From Octopus vulgaris (Eukaryota), in contig OX597818.1 in NCBI GenBank assembly GCA_951406725.2, positions 116,126,001-116,190,000 on the forward strand: a DNA stretch of 64,000 nt, in the 5' to 3' direction. A program made the position numbers and the translations under genes. Under the pieces are notes generated by a model. It had not been told where the DNA came from. It made no database searches and saw nothing but the letters and a program-made list of their open reading frames with translations. This document shows positions 14,345-27,729 of this stretch, in pieces. The number at the start of each line of letters is the position of its first letter. The first letter of the stretch is position 1.

Positions 14345-14806
14345 ATACGCGTATATATTTACATATAACTATATAAATACATATGCATAAAATTGCATAT
14401 ATACATACACACATACAGATATACGTATACAAATATACATACACACATGCACACGCAACCCAAGCACGCACACACACACAGACACACACACAGAAATATA
14501 CTCGTACGTGTTTGCGAAACCTCAAAACAAGAAAACTTTCTCTCTTAGCAGCTGCAACGCATATGTAAACATTGGTTTTGTTTCTATTGTACAAAACATA
14601 TAAACACGTTCATTTTGATTTATACTCAACCACAAGCAACAATCTTTGTCGACTTTGATAGTTTAATAAGATTCACAATAATATTGCGAATCTTATCGAA
14701 TTCTTCTCTCCAAGATTTAAAGTATTGAACCGCAACGCAGTGTTTATCTCCCCTTGTAAATGTTAAACAAACATTAAATATCTAAATTTCTAAGACATTT
14801 CAGACT

Positions 14807-15031
14807 CTCTTTACTCTTTACTCTTTTATTTGTTTCAGTCATTTGACTGTGGCCATGCTGGAGCACCGCCTTTTTAGTCGAGCAAATCGACCCCGGTACT
14901 TATTCTTTGTAAGCCCAGTACTTATTCTATCGGTCTCTTTTGCCGAACCGCTAGGTGACGGGGACGTAAACACACCAGCATCGGTTGTCAAGCAATGCTA
15001 GGGGGACAAACACAGACACACACATACATAC

Positions 15032-15081
<50 letters not shown>

Positions 15082-15245
15082 GACAGGCTTCTTTCAGTTT
15101 CCGTCTACCAAATCCACTCACAAGGCAATGGTCGGCCCGGGGCTATAGCAGAAGACACTTGCCCAAGTTGCCACGTAGTGGGACTGAACCTGGAACCATG
15201 TGGTTGGTTAGCAAGCTTCTTACCACACAGCCACTCCTGCGCCTA
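14807..15245 (-). mobile_element. tRNA-derived SINE (family B) with internal (TA)n/(CA)n and (GTAAAAGA)-like tail
   Basis: Head aggcgcaggagtggctgtgtggtaag...ggttcagtccc; nearly identical to 56720-57131 and 53880-54275. Confidence 0.85.
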
Positions 15246-15475
15246 TATAATTTTCCAAAAGCTAATTACGATAATAAGATTCCTCCTCCAAAAAAAAAAC
15301 AAATAAAAAAACAGACAAATAAACAGAACGAGTTATGCTCTTCTAATAATTAATACTTCAGTTTTCCGCAAAACGTGTTTATCTCCATTTACTAGAATTA
15401 AGAACGATTATCTACACACATTTCCACAAAACGTTTCTAATTAAGTAACTTTTATAAATTCATATATACACGTTC

Positions 15476-15524
<49 letters not shown>

Positions 15525-15627
15525 CTCCATGAAAGTTAGAGGTTGTGAATCCAACTCACTAAGGGATAATGGCTATCCAATATACTGCTGGTGAACCACC
15601 TATTGATCCCCTCCATTTTCTTATTGC

Positions 15628-15680
<53 letters not shown>

Positions 15681-15682
<2 letters not shown>

Positions 15683-15882
15683 TACATCATATAAGAGGGA
15701 TGACCACTAAGTGAACATCTATTATGCTTGAAGTCGACTTCCTATGGTCTGGTCTTACCACTAAGAAAGGCGTTTGCTAAATTTTCTTGAGAACATTCCT
15801 TTCTTAGTGGTAAGACCATAGGGGACGATTTCTAGCATAATGGATGTCCACTTAGTGGTCATCCCTCTTATATGTATGTAAT
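15681..15882. repeat. Fold-back repeat (~90-bp arms) followed by a PLE-like terminus, inside (TA)n
   Basis: ataagagggatgaccactaagtg...ggtcttaccactaagaaagg versus cctttcttagtggtaagacc...cacttagtggtcatccctcttat; 15915-15975 resembles the 3' end of the 2681/3172 repeat. Confidence 0.8.
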
Positions 15883-15972
15883 ATAATTTTTCTGAATCTT
15901 CAGATTTTTCTATATGCTAGACCACTGGTTTTAAATTGATATTAATCAAATAAATATTCAAATTTTCACCCT

Positions 15973-16030
<58 letters not shown>

Positions 16031-16035
<5 letters not shown>

Positions 16036-16495
16036 TTAGATAAAACTTAGATATGTTTCGACCAGAGATTGGTCCAGGCCATGTCTAACTTAATAGCACC
16101 ACCTGATAGGATTATTCGAATCCTGTTTAAGTCAAGTTTTGTTCAAGTAGTGAGTTCTTGTTGGGTGAGTTTTATCCAGTTTTGTTCAAGTAGTGAGTTC
16201 TTGTTGGGTGAGTTGTATCCAATTATGGGTGGCTTATCTGGTATTTTTTGAAGGAATCTATCCAGACTCTGTTTGAAGTTGATGGGATCCTTTTCCTCTT
16301 TGATCTCCCTCGGGACAATGTTAAATAGGGCAGGGCCTGTTGAGGAAAAGAAATTATGTTGCAGTATACGTGTATGTTGTGATCTTGAATTTGGCAGGGG
16401 ACGTATAGCCCGTGGTCCAAGTCTTGGATGAACCTTGAAGCTAATGTTTAGGTCGTTTGGGCAAAGTTGGCGGTATATTTTCCACATCGTACAAA

Positions 16496-16500
<5 letters not shown>
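16031..16500 (-). mobile_element. 5'-truncated CR1/L2-type LINE 3' end
   Basis: Translation ...NFFSSTGPALFNIVPREIK...FKQSLDRFLQKIPDKP is typical of CR1-group ORF2 C-termini; short 3' UTR with repeated tctaagtttta tail. Confidence 0.7.
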
Positions 16501-16551
<51 letters not shown>

Positions 16552-16846
16552 ATGTATGTATAGAGTGTTAGGTGTGGTGTACAAAAATTGAATGTTGAGA
16601 AAAAAGGCGTCAGAATTTTGGAAAAAAGATCTTTTAATTTCTTCATTAATGTTTTCGCTTTTGTTCGTTTCTCGAACTTGTCAAAGAAAATTTTTTGATT
16701 GTACAAACAGCATGTTCATTTATATATAACAGATGTTTTTTTTTTGGGTGTGTGTGTTTAGATGGTAACATTGTTTTGTTTTTAGGTGACGTTCCATGAC
16801 AATAGTAGATAGAAATATAAGTAGGTAGATAGGCTGAAAGATAGAT

Positions 16847-16901
<55 letters not shown>

Positions 16902-16902
16902 T

Positions 16903-17090
16903 AAAACGGTAAGATAACAAAAGAAAGAAAGAGATCTCAATATTATGTAAATAGAGGAAATTTATCTATACAATAATATGTTACATTACTCGGTAGTCAA
17001 AATTAAACTCTGAGTTTCAGATGCCGAAGTGGAAATCCACAACACCATCTCTTCGGTTATCTGGCTATTTGAAAACGCTATGAAAAAATA
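16903..17090 (-). mobile_element. PLE-type terminal fragment with degenerate hammerhead (17002-17061)
   Basis: Reverse-complement homolog of 24720-24930; gataa-CCGAAGA-gatg...catct-GAAA-ctcagag-TT. Confidence 0.5.
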
Positions 17091-17439
17091 CCGTTAAATA
17101 AAGGGAAATTACTCTGTTATAACTCTGCTTGCCTGCGTACTTATACATCGCTCGCATTTTTCGTCATAAAAATTATATAAAAATACATAAAAAATATATA
17201 AAAATATATAAAAATATATAAATTCTTCTTGGGACATAACATAGAAAGCATGTTCTATCTGTTTTCTTTAGGGGACCAAAAATGTAACAGAAATTTAGTC
17301 ACATGTGGGCATGATCCGAAAAGCTCTGTCCTTGTATTTAGACATGTAGTAGGGTCTAAGCTGCTTTTCCAGATAAGCCATCTCTCCATGTCCCATATAA
17401 AAGTATATGAACAGACTTTCACTCAGAAACACATAAGTT

Positions 17440-17481
<42 letters not shown>

Positions 17482-17664
17482 CACGTACACACACATAAGT
17501 TTGTATAGATATATATGTATAAATACACACACACAAACACACACACACACACAAACACATACACACACACAAACACACACACACACACAAACACACACAC
17601 AAACACGCACACACACACAAACACACACACACACAAACATACACACACAAGCACGCACACACAC

Positions 17665-17714
<50 letters not shown>

Positions 17715-17754
17715 ACAAAGTGATATTATTATTACTATTGTTATTATTATTATA

Positions 17755-17801
<47 letters not shown>

Positions 17802-17818
17802 TCTTATGATTATTATTA

Positions 17819-17861
<43 letters not shown>

Positions 17862-18616
17862 TTCTGTTATCATTTCCTTGTATTTTAATAATTCTTTTCT
17901 GTCAGTTGACAGCTGTCGCGTTCCACTACCAGCTGCTGACGCAAAACTTTTCTTTCTTCATTTTGAATGGTTTTTTGCTTCTATATTTCTTTTGGTACCC
18001 GTACATTTTGGTAAAGCAGGGAATTCATTTTCCGAAACATCAGAAACGTTATCAAAAATTAAACTTTCTGTCTTCCTCGCTTCCCGCTCAGTCGATGAAT
18101 CATCACCAGACGAAGACACACTTTTCGGCATCTTTCCGGCAATTAATGTTTTTCCCCACAGTGGAAAACCACAGATAGCTTTCGAAAGAAAACTATAATA
18201 CAATTTTTAAACAATAAGTCCAACAATAGGCACAATAAGAGGTATAATAATTAACAGAAACTCACGAACACACTCCAACAATAAATTTTCAATAACAGAC
18301 AGACGAAATACCAATTTCTTTACTACCCATAAGGGGCTAAACAGAGAGGACAAACAAGGACAGACAAACGTATTAAGTTGATTATATCTACCCCAGTGCG
18401 TAACTGGTACTTATTTAATCGAACCGGAAAGGATGAAAGGCAAAGTCGACCCCGGCGGAATTTGAACTCAGAACGTCACCATCAATGTTCGACCGTGGTC
18501 GAGACAATGGAATTTACTATGTTACGCCAGATTTCACGGTCCATCATAGCATTACAGAGGTCCTGTTGCTGGATGCCTGTATCCCTGGAGATTACATCAG
18601 GGGATTACATCAGGGT

Positions 18617-18873
18617 AGAACGTAGCGGCAGACGAAATACCTATTTCTTTACTACCCACAAGGGGCTAAACACAGAGAGGACAAACAAGGACAGACAAAC
18701 GGATTAAGTCGATTATATCGACCCCAGTGCGTAACTGGTACTTATTTAATCGACCCCAAAAGGATGAAAGGCAAAGTCGACCTCGGCGGAATTTGAACTC
18801 AGAACGTAACGGCAGATGAAATACGGCTACGCATTTCGCCCGGCGTGCTAACGTTTCTGCCAGCTCGCCGCCT
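18617..18873 (-). mobile_element. tRNA-derived SINE (family C); truncated sister copy at 18298-18476
   Basis: Head aaggcggcgagctggcagaaacgttagc, B box GAGTTCAAATTCC, 3' end gtgggtagtaaagaaatagg. Confidence 0.85.
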
Positions 18874-19892
18874 TTTTATAGCAGTAAAATAATGATTAAC
18901 TTTAGAACGAAAACAAGTATATTTTCGAAATTAATGTTTTGCTAAGATTAACATATTTATATATTTATCTTTACATCCACAATCGAATTACGGATATTAA
19001 AACTAATAGTAGGTTAATCCAAAGCAGCGAGCTGGCAGAATCATTAGCGAACTGGGAAAAAATGCTAAGCGACATTCGGTCCATTTTTACTTTCTGAGTT
19101 CAAATGTCGCTGTGGTCGACTTTGCTTTTCAAGCTCGATAAAATAAGTACAAATTGGACACTGGGTCGATGTAATCCGCTTCCCCGAAATTGCTAGCCTT
19201 CTACCAAAGTAATCCGAAATTAGACATCTTATTTAGAACCTAATCCTAATTCAATTTTCTATATGTTTTACTAATTTATTAGTTCCATAGATTAAATCAT
19301 TCTTACAAATTGAATAAACAATTAGCTTTATTCCAGAACTAGAACAAATGAATCCCATTTAGAAATTATTAATTTAGCCCCGCCTGTCCAATCTACCGCT
19401 AAGGCTTTCTTTTCAGATGAATTTATCAAAAGGTTTCTTTAACATTTGCGCTGTCATATATTATTTGAGATATAACATCCCATTTTAGTAGTGTTATTAG
19501 AACATCTTATGTATCAGCGAATATTAAGAATGTAATTAGTACTTAGTAGCTCAACAAAGAAACCCAATCAAGTGATTAACAACTAATCTGGTTGATATAA
19601 ATTAAACAAATGATTTTAATTAGTTGATACTTTTGTATTTAGTGAAACACATTTCTGAAACCATTTAATAATATAAACACAGCCTTTAAAGACGTTTGCA
19701 ACTGAGTTCAGCTTTCGAGTGGAGAAATAAACTGCTTACGTAAAGTTCACACTGTTTACTTAGACGTTGTAGAAGCCTCTTCTTTCTTCTTTAGGCTCTC
19801 CGTCGCTTACTACGACGAGTGTTCCAGTTGATCCGCTCAACTGAACAGCCTACTTATGAAATTAACAACGTGCAAGTGACTGTGCACTCCAC

Positions 19893-20145
19893 AGACCCAT
19901 GTACCTATTTCTTTACTACCCACAAGGGGCTAAACACAGAGAGGACAAACGAACGGATTAAGTCGATTATATCGACCCCAGTACGTAACTTGTACTTATT
20001 TAATCGACCCTGAAAGGATGAAAGGCAAAGTCGACCTCGGCGGAATTTGAACTCAGAACGTAACGGCAGACGAAATACCGCTAAGCATTTCGCCCGGCGT
20101 GCTAACGATTCTGCCAGCTCGCCGCCTTATAAAGACCCATGTACC
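19893..20145 (-). mobile_element. Family C SINE nested in an older SINE, with 13-bp TSD
   Basis: agacccatgtacc at 19893-19905 and 20133-20145; host SINE (about 19797-20352) continues on both sides. Confidence 0.85.
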
Positions 20146-20977
20146 GTTAACGTAGTTCTCAGGGAGATTTAGCGTGAATGTGACAAGGCTGTCCCTTTGC
20201 TATACAGGTACAACTCATTTTCGTCAGTTGAATTCACAGGGACAACGTAAAATAAAGTGTCTTGCTCAAAGGCACAGCGCACCGCCGGGAATCGAACTCA
20301 CAACCTTACGATTGGGAACCGAAAGTACTTACCACCAAGCCATGTGCCTTCTTACAAACAAAAACTTACGTGAAATAAAATGATTTGATATTAAGGATTT
20401 AGTAAATAGAAGACGCTAGCCCAAGATGCCACGCAGTGGGACCGAACCCAGAGCCATGTGGTTGGGAAGTAAGCTTCATTACCACACAACCACTCCTGTA
20501 GCTGCTCCCAGCAACATAAATCAACATTTTGGGGGTACATAAACCGATACGGCGGTAACGAAAACTAGAAATATGGGTTTATAGTAGAAACACAAGAAGG
20601 ACATCTAATGCATATCTTTTATGAAGTTTGACAGAGTTATGTTTCCGAGGGTTAATTTGTTTTTTTAATAATGAAGAAATGAAGGAAAATTTCATAACGC
20701 AGATCGAATCGAACTCACATTTGAAAAACAGAAATTAAACAGAGACTCGGAAACATAACTGAAGAAATATAATTTATCTTTTTACTGGTTTCCGTCATTA
20801 GACTGCGGTCATACTGGGGCACTGCTTTGAGGGATTTTTTTTAGCTGAATGAATCGACTCTAGTACTTCTTTTTCTAAAGGCTGGTACTTATTATATTGG
20901 TTATTTTGCCGAACCTCTGAGTTACGGGGGCGTAAACGCAGCAACACCGGTTGTCAAACAATGAATTAGGGGGTGGG

Positions 20978-21726
20978 CGGAATTTGAACTCAGAACGTAG
21001 CGGCAGACGAAATACCTATTTCTTTACTACCCACACAGAGGACAAACAAGAACAGACAAACGGTTTAAGTCGATTATATCGACCCCAGTGCGTAACTGGT
21101 ACTTATTTAATCGACCCCGAAAGGCATGAAAGGCAAAGTCGACGGAATTTGAACTCAGAACGTAGCGGCAGACGAAATACCTATTTCTTTACTACCCACA
21201 CAGAGGACAAACAAGAACAGACAAACGGTTTAAGTCGATTATATCGACCCCAGTGCGTAACTGGTACTTATTTAATCGACCCCGAAAGGGATGAAAGGCA
21301 AAGTCGACGGAATTTGAACTCAGAACGTAGCGGCAGACGAAATACCTATTTCTTTACTACCCACACAGAGGACAAACAAGAACAGACAAACGGTTTAAGT
21401 CGATTATATCGACCCCAGTGCATAACTGGTACTTATTTAATCGACCCCGAAAGGGATGAAAGGCAAAGTCGACGGAATTTGAACTCAGAACGTAGCGGCA
21501 GACGAAATACCTATTTCTTTACAACCCACACAGAGGACAAACAAGAACAGACAAACGGTTTAAGTCGATTATATCGACCCCAGTGCGTAACTGGTACTTA
21601 TTTAATCGACCCCGAAAGGGATGAAAGGCAAAGTCGACGGAATTTGAACTCAGAGCGTAGCGCCAGACGAAATACTGCTAAGCATTCCGCCCGGCGTGCT
21701 AACGATTCTGCCAGCTCACCGCCTTA
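20978..21726 (-). repeat. Tandem array of four 165-bp family C SINE units plus terminal head
   Basis: cggaatttgaactcag at 20978, 21143, 21308, 21473 and 21638; units nearly identical. Confidence 0.9.
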
Positions 21727-22122
21727 GGTGATGAGAGGATATTAAACAGAGAAATGTTCAATGAGGCCCTTCGTGACACGATTTTAATTCCTAGTGGCTG
21801 TCAGTTTTTTTTTTAAAACTTGGGTTATTAATTCCTTTGAGTGATAAACAAAACGTAAATCAATTTTCTTTCGACAGACTTTTGAATTTTCCCTCTCATT
21901 TTTTATAAAAAGAAATCCGAGATATATGAAAGGCAGAGTGCATATTTTCATAATTACTTTGATATGAAAAATTACAGCGTCAGACTAAATGACGAAATCT
22001 TTATTTACATCATGCTTAAATTCTGTGATCAAATCCTGGCAGAGACAACTCTGTCTATCAGGTTTCCGAAGCAGATAACAGGACATATAATGCGCCGTTG
22101 TTGTTTTCAACCGCCTTCTCAC

Positions 22123-22197
22123 CTGTTCTAAAATGTATGTGTTTGCGTATTAGATTAAGAAAGCGGGATTGGTTCTGTTGCATCACACAAAATCTAG
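22123..22197 (-). other. Possible isolated 75-nt internal exon of an unidentified host gene
   Basis: Minus strand ctcctacag|...|gtgaga with open phase-1 frame RFCVMQQNQSRFLNLIRKHIHFRT; no recognisable homology, may be chance. Confidence 0.15.
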
Positions 22198-24719
22198 CTG
22201 TAGGAGATATTTGAATTATATTCTTTGTAATAAATGCATGATAACTTCTTCGAATTCGAAGGACTCTTTTCAAAAGTAAAGTGTGGACATTTTTGAGCGG
22301 GAAAACAAATTGCTTGTTTTGTGCTAAGAACAAAAGGAAAAAAAACCCCAAAAAAACAGAGATAGCAGTAGATGAAACTCACCGCATTCAAACCAGATTA
22401 TGGTTTAACAAAGTTCCATAAAAAATCTCCCTCTCCAAAAAAAAAAAAAAAATATTACTAAATGATTTGATTAGTAAATTCTTAAGAAAAGTGAAAACAA
22501 AATCAATAAGTACAACAAAAGATAAAAACAAACAAAAACAACTATTTTTTCTCCCAGTAAAAACTTGAACGGCTTTAAAATTCCATTGATCCATCATATT
22601 CTCCAATAAACGACATTATTTTCAGTTTTGTAACACCACCAAACCCATTTCACCCTCCTTGTTTATTTCTTTATCACTTTGTTTTTGATTTTCTCAAACT
22701 CTGCTTTAATCTACCATTTCCTCCGTTCTAAAACGATTTTCATCAAGTTTCTTTCAATACTAATGACTCTACCGTGCGACAATGAAATTTACCCGCTCAG
22801 CATATTCTTGTACCCAGCGGGAAGACAAAACAATGACAAATAAACGAATGATGACAAAATAAGATAATGAAAGAAAAAGAAAAACTGAAAAAAGTATATA
22901 ATAAAAATATATAAAATATAATGAAATATATAGCAATATATAGAATACAAAGAAATATATAAGAATAATTAAGAAAATGTACAAAAATAAAAATACATCA
23001 TATTCTTCTTCTCCCGCCTCCTCCACACCCTAAATTATGTTCTTTTCATTTGCCATTTGTATTACAATCTAACAGATATTCCCCTAAGGCGTGAACAAAT
23101 CTCACATTTAACCAATGCTTATTTGTTAAATTTTCTTTTTAACAACTTTCAACAAAAATTCTCGAGACTCTTTAACAACCCGCTCTAGACATTTAAATAA
23201 ACAACAACGACAGAAAAAAAATTACATCCTCCAAAAAGCACAAAACAAAAGCAAAACAGCCACAACAGCAACAATAACAATAAAAATGAACGAGAAAAAA
23301 TCGTATTAAAATCATTTTCAAATTATATTTTCAAAATATATAAAAAAAAATTATGAACTTGATTTTCAGGAGAAAAATTCGCACGTGGAGACTAGCTTAT
23401 CACGCAAACCTTACAAACACTTGAATAATTTTGACTGGTTTCAATCACTGGGCGTTGGTCATACCGAAACACCGCCTTCTAGAGCATAATCGGCCGTTCA
23501 AGAATTTGGACCTGGAGATCTCCATTTCCAGCGACTTCGAGGGCCACCTCCCAGTGGTGTCGGGCGTCAACGAAGAGCCCTTGACTACAACAAAACGACC
23601 AAAGATTTTTTCCAAGCTCTGGGGTCTCCCGCCCCTAAGCCCTAGACCATCACCTAATCACCCTTACCCGTCTTGTTGCTTAACAACAACAACAACAAGA
23701 GTATAATCGAGTACACCTATGCCAGAAGTCATATCATGCATTTATGAAATATTTCTTTATGGCCCACTAGGGCCGACAAAGATGGGGATCACACAACTTG
23801 ATTTGGTGGTCAGATGTTCGATATATAATTACAATAAAAATGAAGTTAAAACTTAAAGCATATATAAACGAATGAATTTGGAAACAAAAACAGTACAAAT
23901 GGAGTGGTGTTTGGGTTCAGCCCTGACCCCACGAGCCCCATCCCCCCACTGATACTTTTTTGACTCTTTATAGCATATTCACGGGGTTCCATTCACTGGC
24001 AACACTCGTGCTAATACACTTATGAAAGATGTATATAGAAAAACACTTTCAACCCTTTGTGAGGAAATAGTGCTGTGTCTATGCAAGGCGTGAAAGATTG
24101 GAGGAAATGAATGTAGAAGGTTTCTACTAACCAGAAACCTGGTTTGAATATACGCACAAGCACAAGAAAAAACGGCTAAGTGCAACAATACAGAAAAAAG
24201 TGTAAAGAAGTATAAAAAATAAGCAATAATAGTATGCACACACACACGCACACGTCTATATATGCGCATACCCGCACATGTCTATATATGCACACAGAAA
24301 CACACGTGCACAAAAAAGTTTATACAAACGTCTATATACGCACATGCACAAGAAGAAACATTTTTGCCTTTAACCCTGTTTTTCTTACGCTTGCGTGTAT
24401 ACAGAGGTGTGTATGAACCTTTTTGGTACGTGTATGTGTGGGATTGTGTATATATATATATATATATATACATATTTTGGGGAATGGTGTGGGTGAGAAT
24501 ATGTATGTTTCAAGTGAGGGTGGATGAGTGTATACTTATAGGCGCATGTACGTGGGTGTCCGGGCGCGCACGTGTAGGTAGGCTCATGCGCGCTTACGCG
24601 AATACTATGTATATTTTACCCCCTTATTTTACTACCTCCCCTCACTTAGCGGTCATTCAAATAGCTCTCTTGTCTTAATAACGGTCAATCACACAGTAAT
24701 TTTCCTTTGTTTAACGGTC

Positions 24720-25130
24720 ATTTTCATAGCATTTTTTCGATGGCCGGATAACTGAAGAGATGGCGGTGTGGATTTCCACCCGACATTCGAAACTCGGACT
24801 TTTATCATGGCTACCGAATATTACATTTTACAGATAAATTCCTCTAAATATTACATATTACATTTACAGATAAATTCCTCTATTTACCTAATATCGAGGT
24901 TTCTTTCATTCGTTTGTTGTCTTACCATTTCCATCAATATGTGACCTCGTGTGTACCGTTGGCGATTTTTTTTCCTCTGTCTTCCCTTCTCTGGATCTTT
25001 CCTTCTCCTATGTTTCCGACGAAGAGCTCCGCTCGAAACGTTAAACCCTCCTTCTTTCCTGAGTATCCAATAATACTATATTTGTTCCACGTCCTCGCGT
25101 TGTATTTATTTTGTGTTTTCTTGTTTGGAT

Positions 25131-25135
<5 letters not shown>
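24720..25135 (+). mobile_element. Two adjacent PLE-type terminal fragments, each with a hammerhead-like motif (24747-24806, 25012-25046)
   Basis: gataa-CTGAAGA...GAAA-ctcggac-TT-ttatc, and gttt-CCGACGA-agagc tcc gctc-GAAA-cg-TT-aaac; ends in (TA)n. Confidence 0.55.
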
Positions 25136-25187
<52 letters not shown>

Positions 25188-25466
25188 GACGATTTTCTTT
25201 CAGTTTCCATCTGCCAAATCTACTCACAGGGCTTTGGTCAACTCGCGGCTATAGTAGAAGACATTTGCCCAAGGTACCACACAATCATGTGGAACCATGT
25301 GGTTGGGAAGCAAGCTTCTTACCACATAGCCACGCTTGCGCCTATATACATAAATGTATCTCTCTCTCTCTCCATATATATATATATAATTATATATATA
25401 TATTATATGTATATATATATATATGTATATAATACACGCACACATACACACATACATGTATGCAAA

Positions 25467-25606
<140 letters not shown>

Positions 25607-26534
25607 CTCTCTCTCTCTCTAGTTAGATATGATAGTGTGATGTGCATAAGTCCATACATACATGTATATATCCCTATCATACATTTTGATATTCGAGTGC
25701 TTACACACTCACACACACAAACACGTACGTACATACATACACGCACTCATACACACACATATACACACACGCACACACACACAGACACACACACACACAC
25801 ACACACACATACAGACACACACACATATATATATATACACACTCATGAATATGGTGAATGATTTAGAGGTTATATACAAACTTTGCTAAAACAAAACATG
25901 TGTCATACGATTTATATTCTGATCAATAACTTCGTTAAGAATATGAAATTGTGATTGATTTAAATTTATTGAAAATTTGTACTTTAAATGTTTGTTTCGG
26001 CTTTTGGGTGAAAAAAAAAACTAGTACAAAGCTACTGTTTATTTTGCAGGAATTTAAATTCACTTTCCTTGAAAATTGCAGTTTATTATTTGAAAATGTC
26101 GAAACCCTTCAATTATATCGAACAATTAGACAATAAATTGTGATAGATATTTTCCATGTTTGTTTTATATATAATTATCAAATACTGTTTTGTAATTTAA
26201 TTAGCCAATTTCAAATGTTTTCAAGTATGTATTGGTTCCGCATAAAACACTGCTCAATCGAAGAGTATATCATGTCTTTAAATATCTTCATGATAGAAAC
26301 ACTGTCTAACTGGCATAGATCGTACACGAAATCTCTCTCTCTCCCTCTCTCTCCTCTCTCCTCCTCTCCTCCCCTCTTTCTCTTCTATAGGATAACATTA
26401 ACGCAAACCTACCCTCATACATTCATGCATAATTTTGATTTTGTTTCCTTATTAATTTTCAATATCTATCTACCTATCTAGCGAGATCGCTATCCATATA
26501 TCATCTGTATATATCTATGTATCTCACAGCAAGA

Positions 26535-26686
26535 GAACCTATGTGGTAAGAAGCTTGGTTCCCAATCACATAGTTCCGGGTTCAGTCCAACTGCGTGGCA
26601 CACTGGTCAAATGTCTTATACTGTAGCTTCGGGCCGACCAAAGCCTTGTGAGTGAATTGGTAGACGGAAACGGAAAGAAGCCCATC

Positions 26687-26688
<2 letters not shown>
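26535..26688 (+). mobile_element. Family B SINE 5' half; its internal (TA)n abuts the PLE
   Basis: tgtggtaagaagcttggttcccaatcacatagttccgggttcagtcc...aagaagcccatcg followed by (TA)n. Confidence 0.7.
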
Positions 26689-26765
<77 letters not shown>

Positions 26766-26799
26766 TTGAGTTGTGGGGTATCGCACGAGTGGGATTATG

Positions 26800-27465
26800 T
26801 AAGAAAAAAGGTTTGAAAATGCAATTTAAACGATGTTTATTTACTTAACCGGTTTCACTCTTTGGTAAAAGATTGTCAAAAGTTACATTTAAGGAAACAT
26901 TGAATAATATGGGTTCAAAAAAAGTTTTTTTACATAATTGTCACATTGAATATTATGCATTCAAAAAAGTTTTTTACATAATTGTCACATTGGATATTAT
27001 GAATTCAAAAATGTTTTTTTATACATAATTGTCACATTACATGTATAAATATAGTGTTTGGTAACAGAGAAGTTCAATAGTGTGATGAGAATATTTGGGA
27101 AAATTTGGCAGAAAAGGATAAAACAAATATATTATTGGGAATTGGTTGCGTTAATTATTGGTTGTCGCAAATTGTCACATTACATGTATATATATACAAT
27201 CTTTGGTATATATATACAGCCTTTTGACAGCAAAAATTAAAATGGATTTTTTATACATCTCAGAATATTTTAAGTACAAGGCGAGAATATGTTTTTACTG
27301 ACCTGTCGGTATTAGCAGAAAGGCTGAACTGAGAGAACAGAAGAAGTAGCCAATGTGGTGTATACTTCCCCTTTATGCATGAATGATTTTGGTGTTATCA
27401 GGAGGTTAGTATGCGGGTGTGAATAGATGTGTCCGTGCCTGCTGGTCAGATAGCGTCTGTTTGTC

Positions 27466-27469
<4 letters not shown>
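26800..27469 (-). repeat. 3' pseudo-LTR of the PLE
   Basis: Reverse complement of 31754-32433; contains several aatgtgacaatt sub-repeats. Confidence 0.92.
26843..26883 (-). ncRNA. Minimal hammerhead-like motif with U3-A8 core in the pLTR
   Basis: actt-TTGACAA-tcttt tacc aaaga-gt-GAAA-ccgg-TT-aagt; same motif on + at 32350-32390. Confidence 0.55.
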
Positions 27470-27497
<28 letters not shown>

Positions 27498-27684
27498 CAC
27501 AACAACACACACACACACACACACATAGTATACAAACACACACCACATACAAACAACACACACACACACACAGAACACACACACCCACACACAACGCACC
27601 CACATATATCACATATACACACAGCACACAAATATAACATGTATCTATATATAACATACACAGATATATAACACACATACACAC

Positions 27685-27729
<45 letters not shown>

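Noticed and set aside
20951-21727. 258-aa repetitive ORF / CRISPR-like array
   Set aside because: Antisense reading of 165-bp (55-codon) SINE units; no unique spacers, no cas genes, eukaryotic context.
27058-27240. Identical 60-aa ORFs at 27058 (+) and 31993 (-)
   Set aside because: By-product of the inverted pLTRs; TTG start, antisense to the pLTR orientation.
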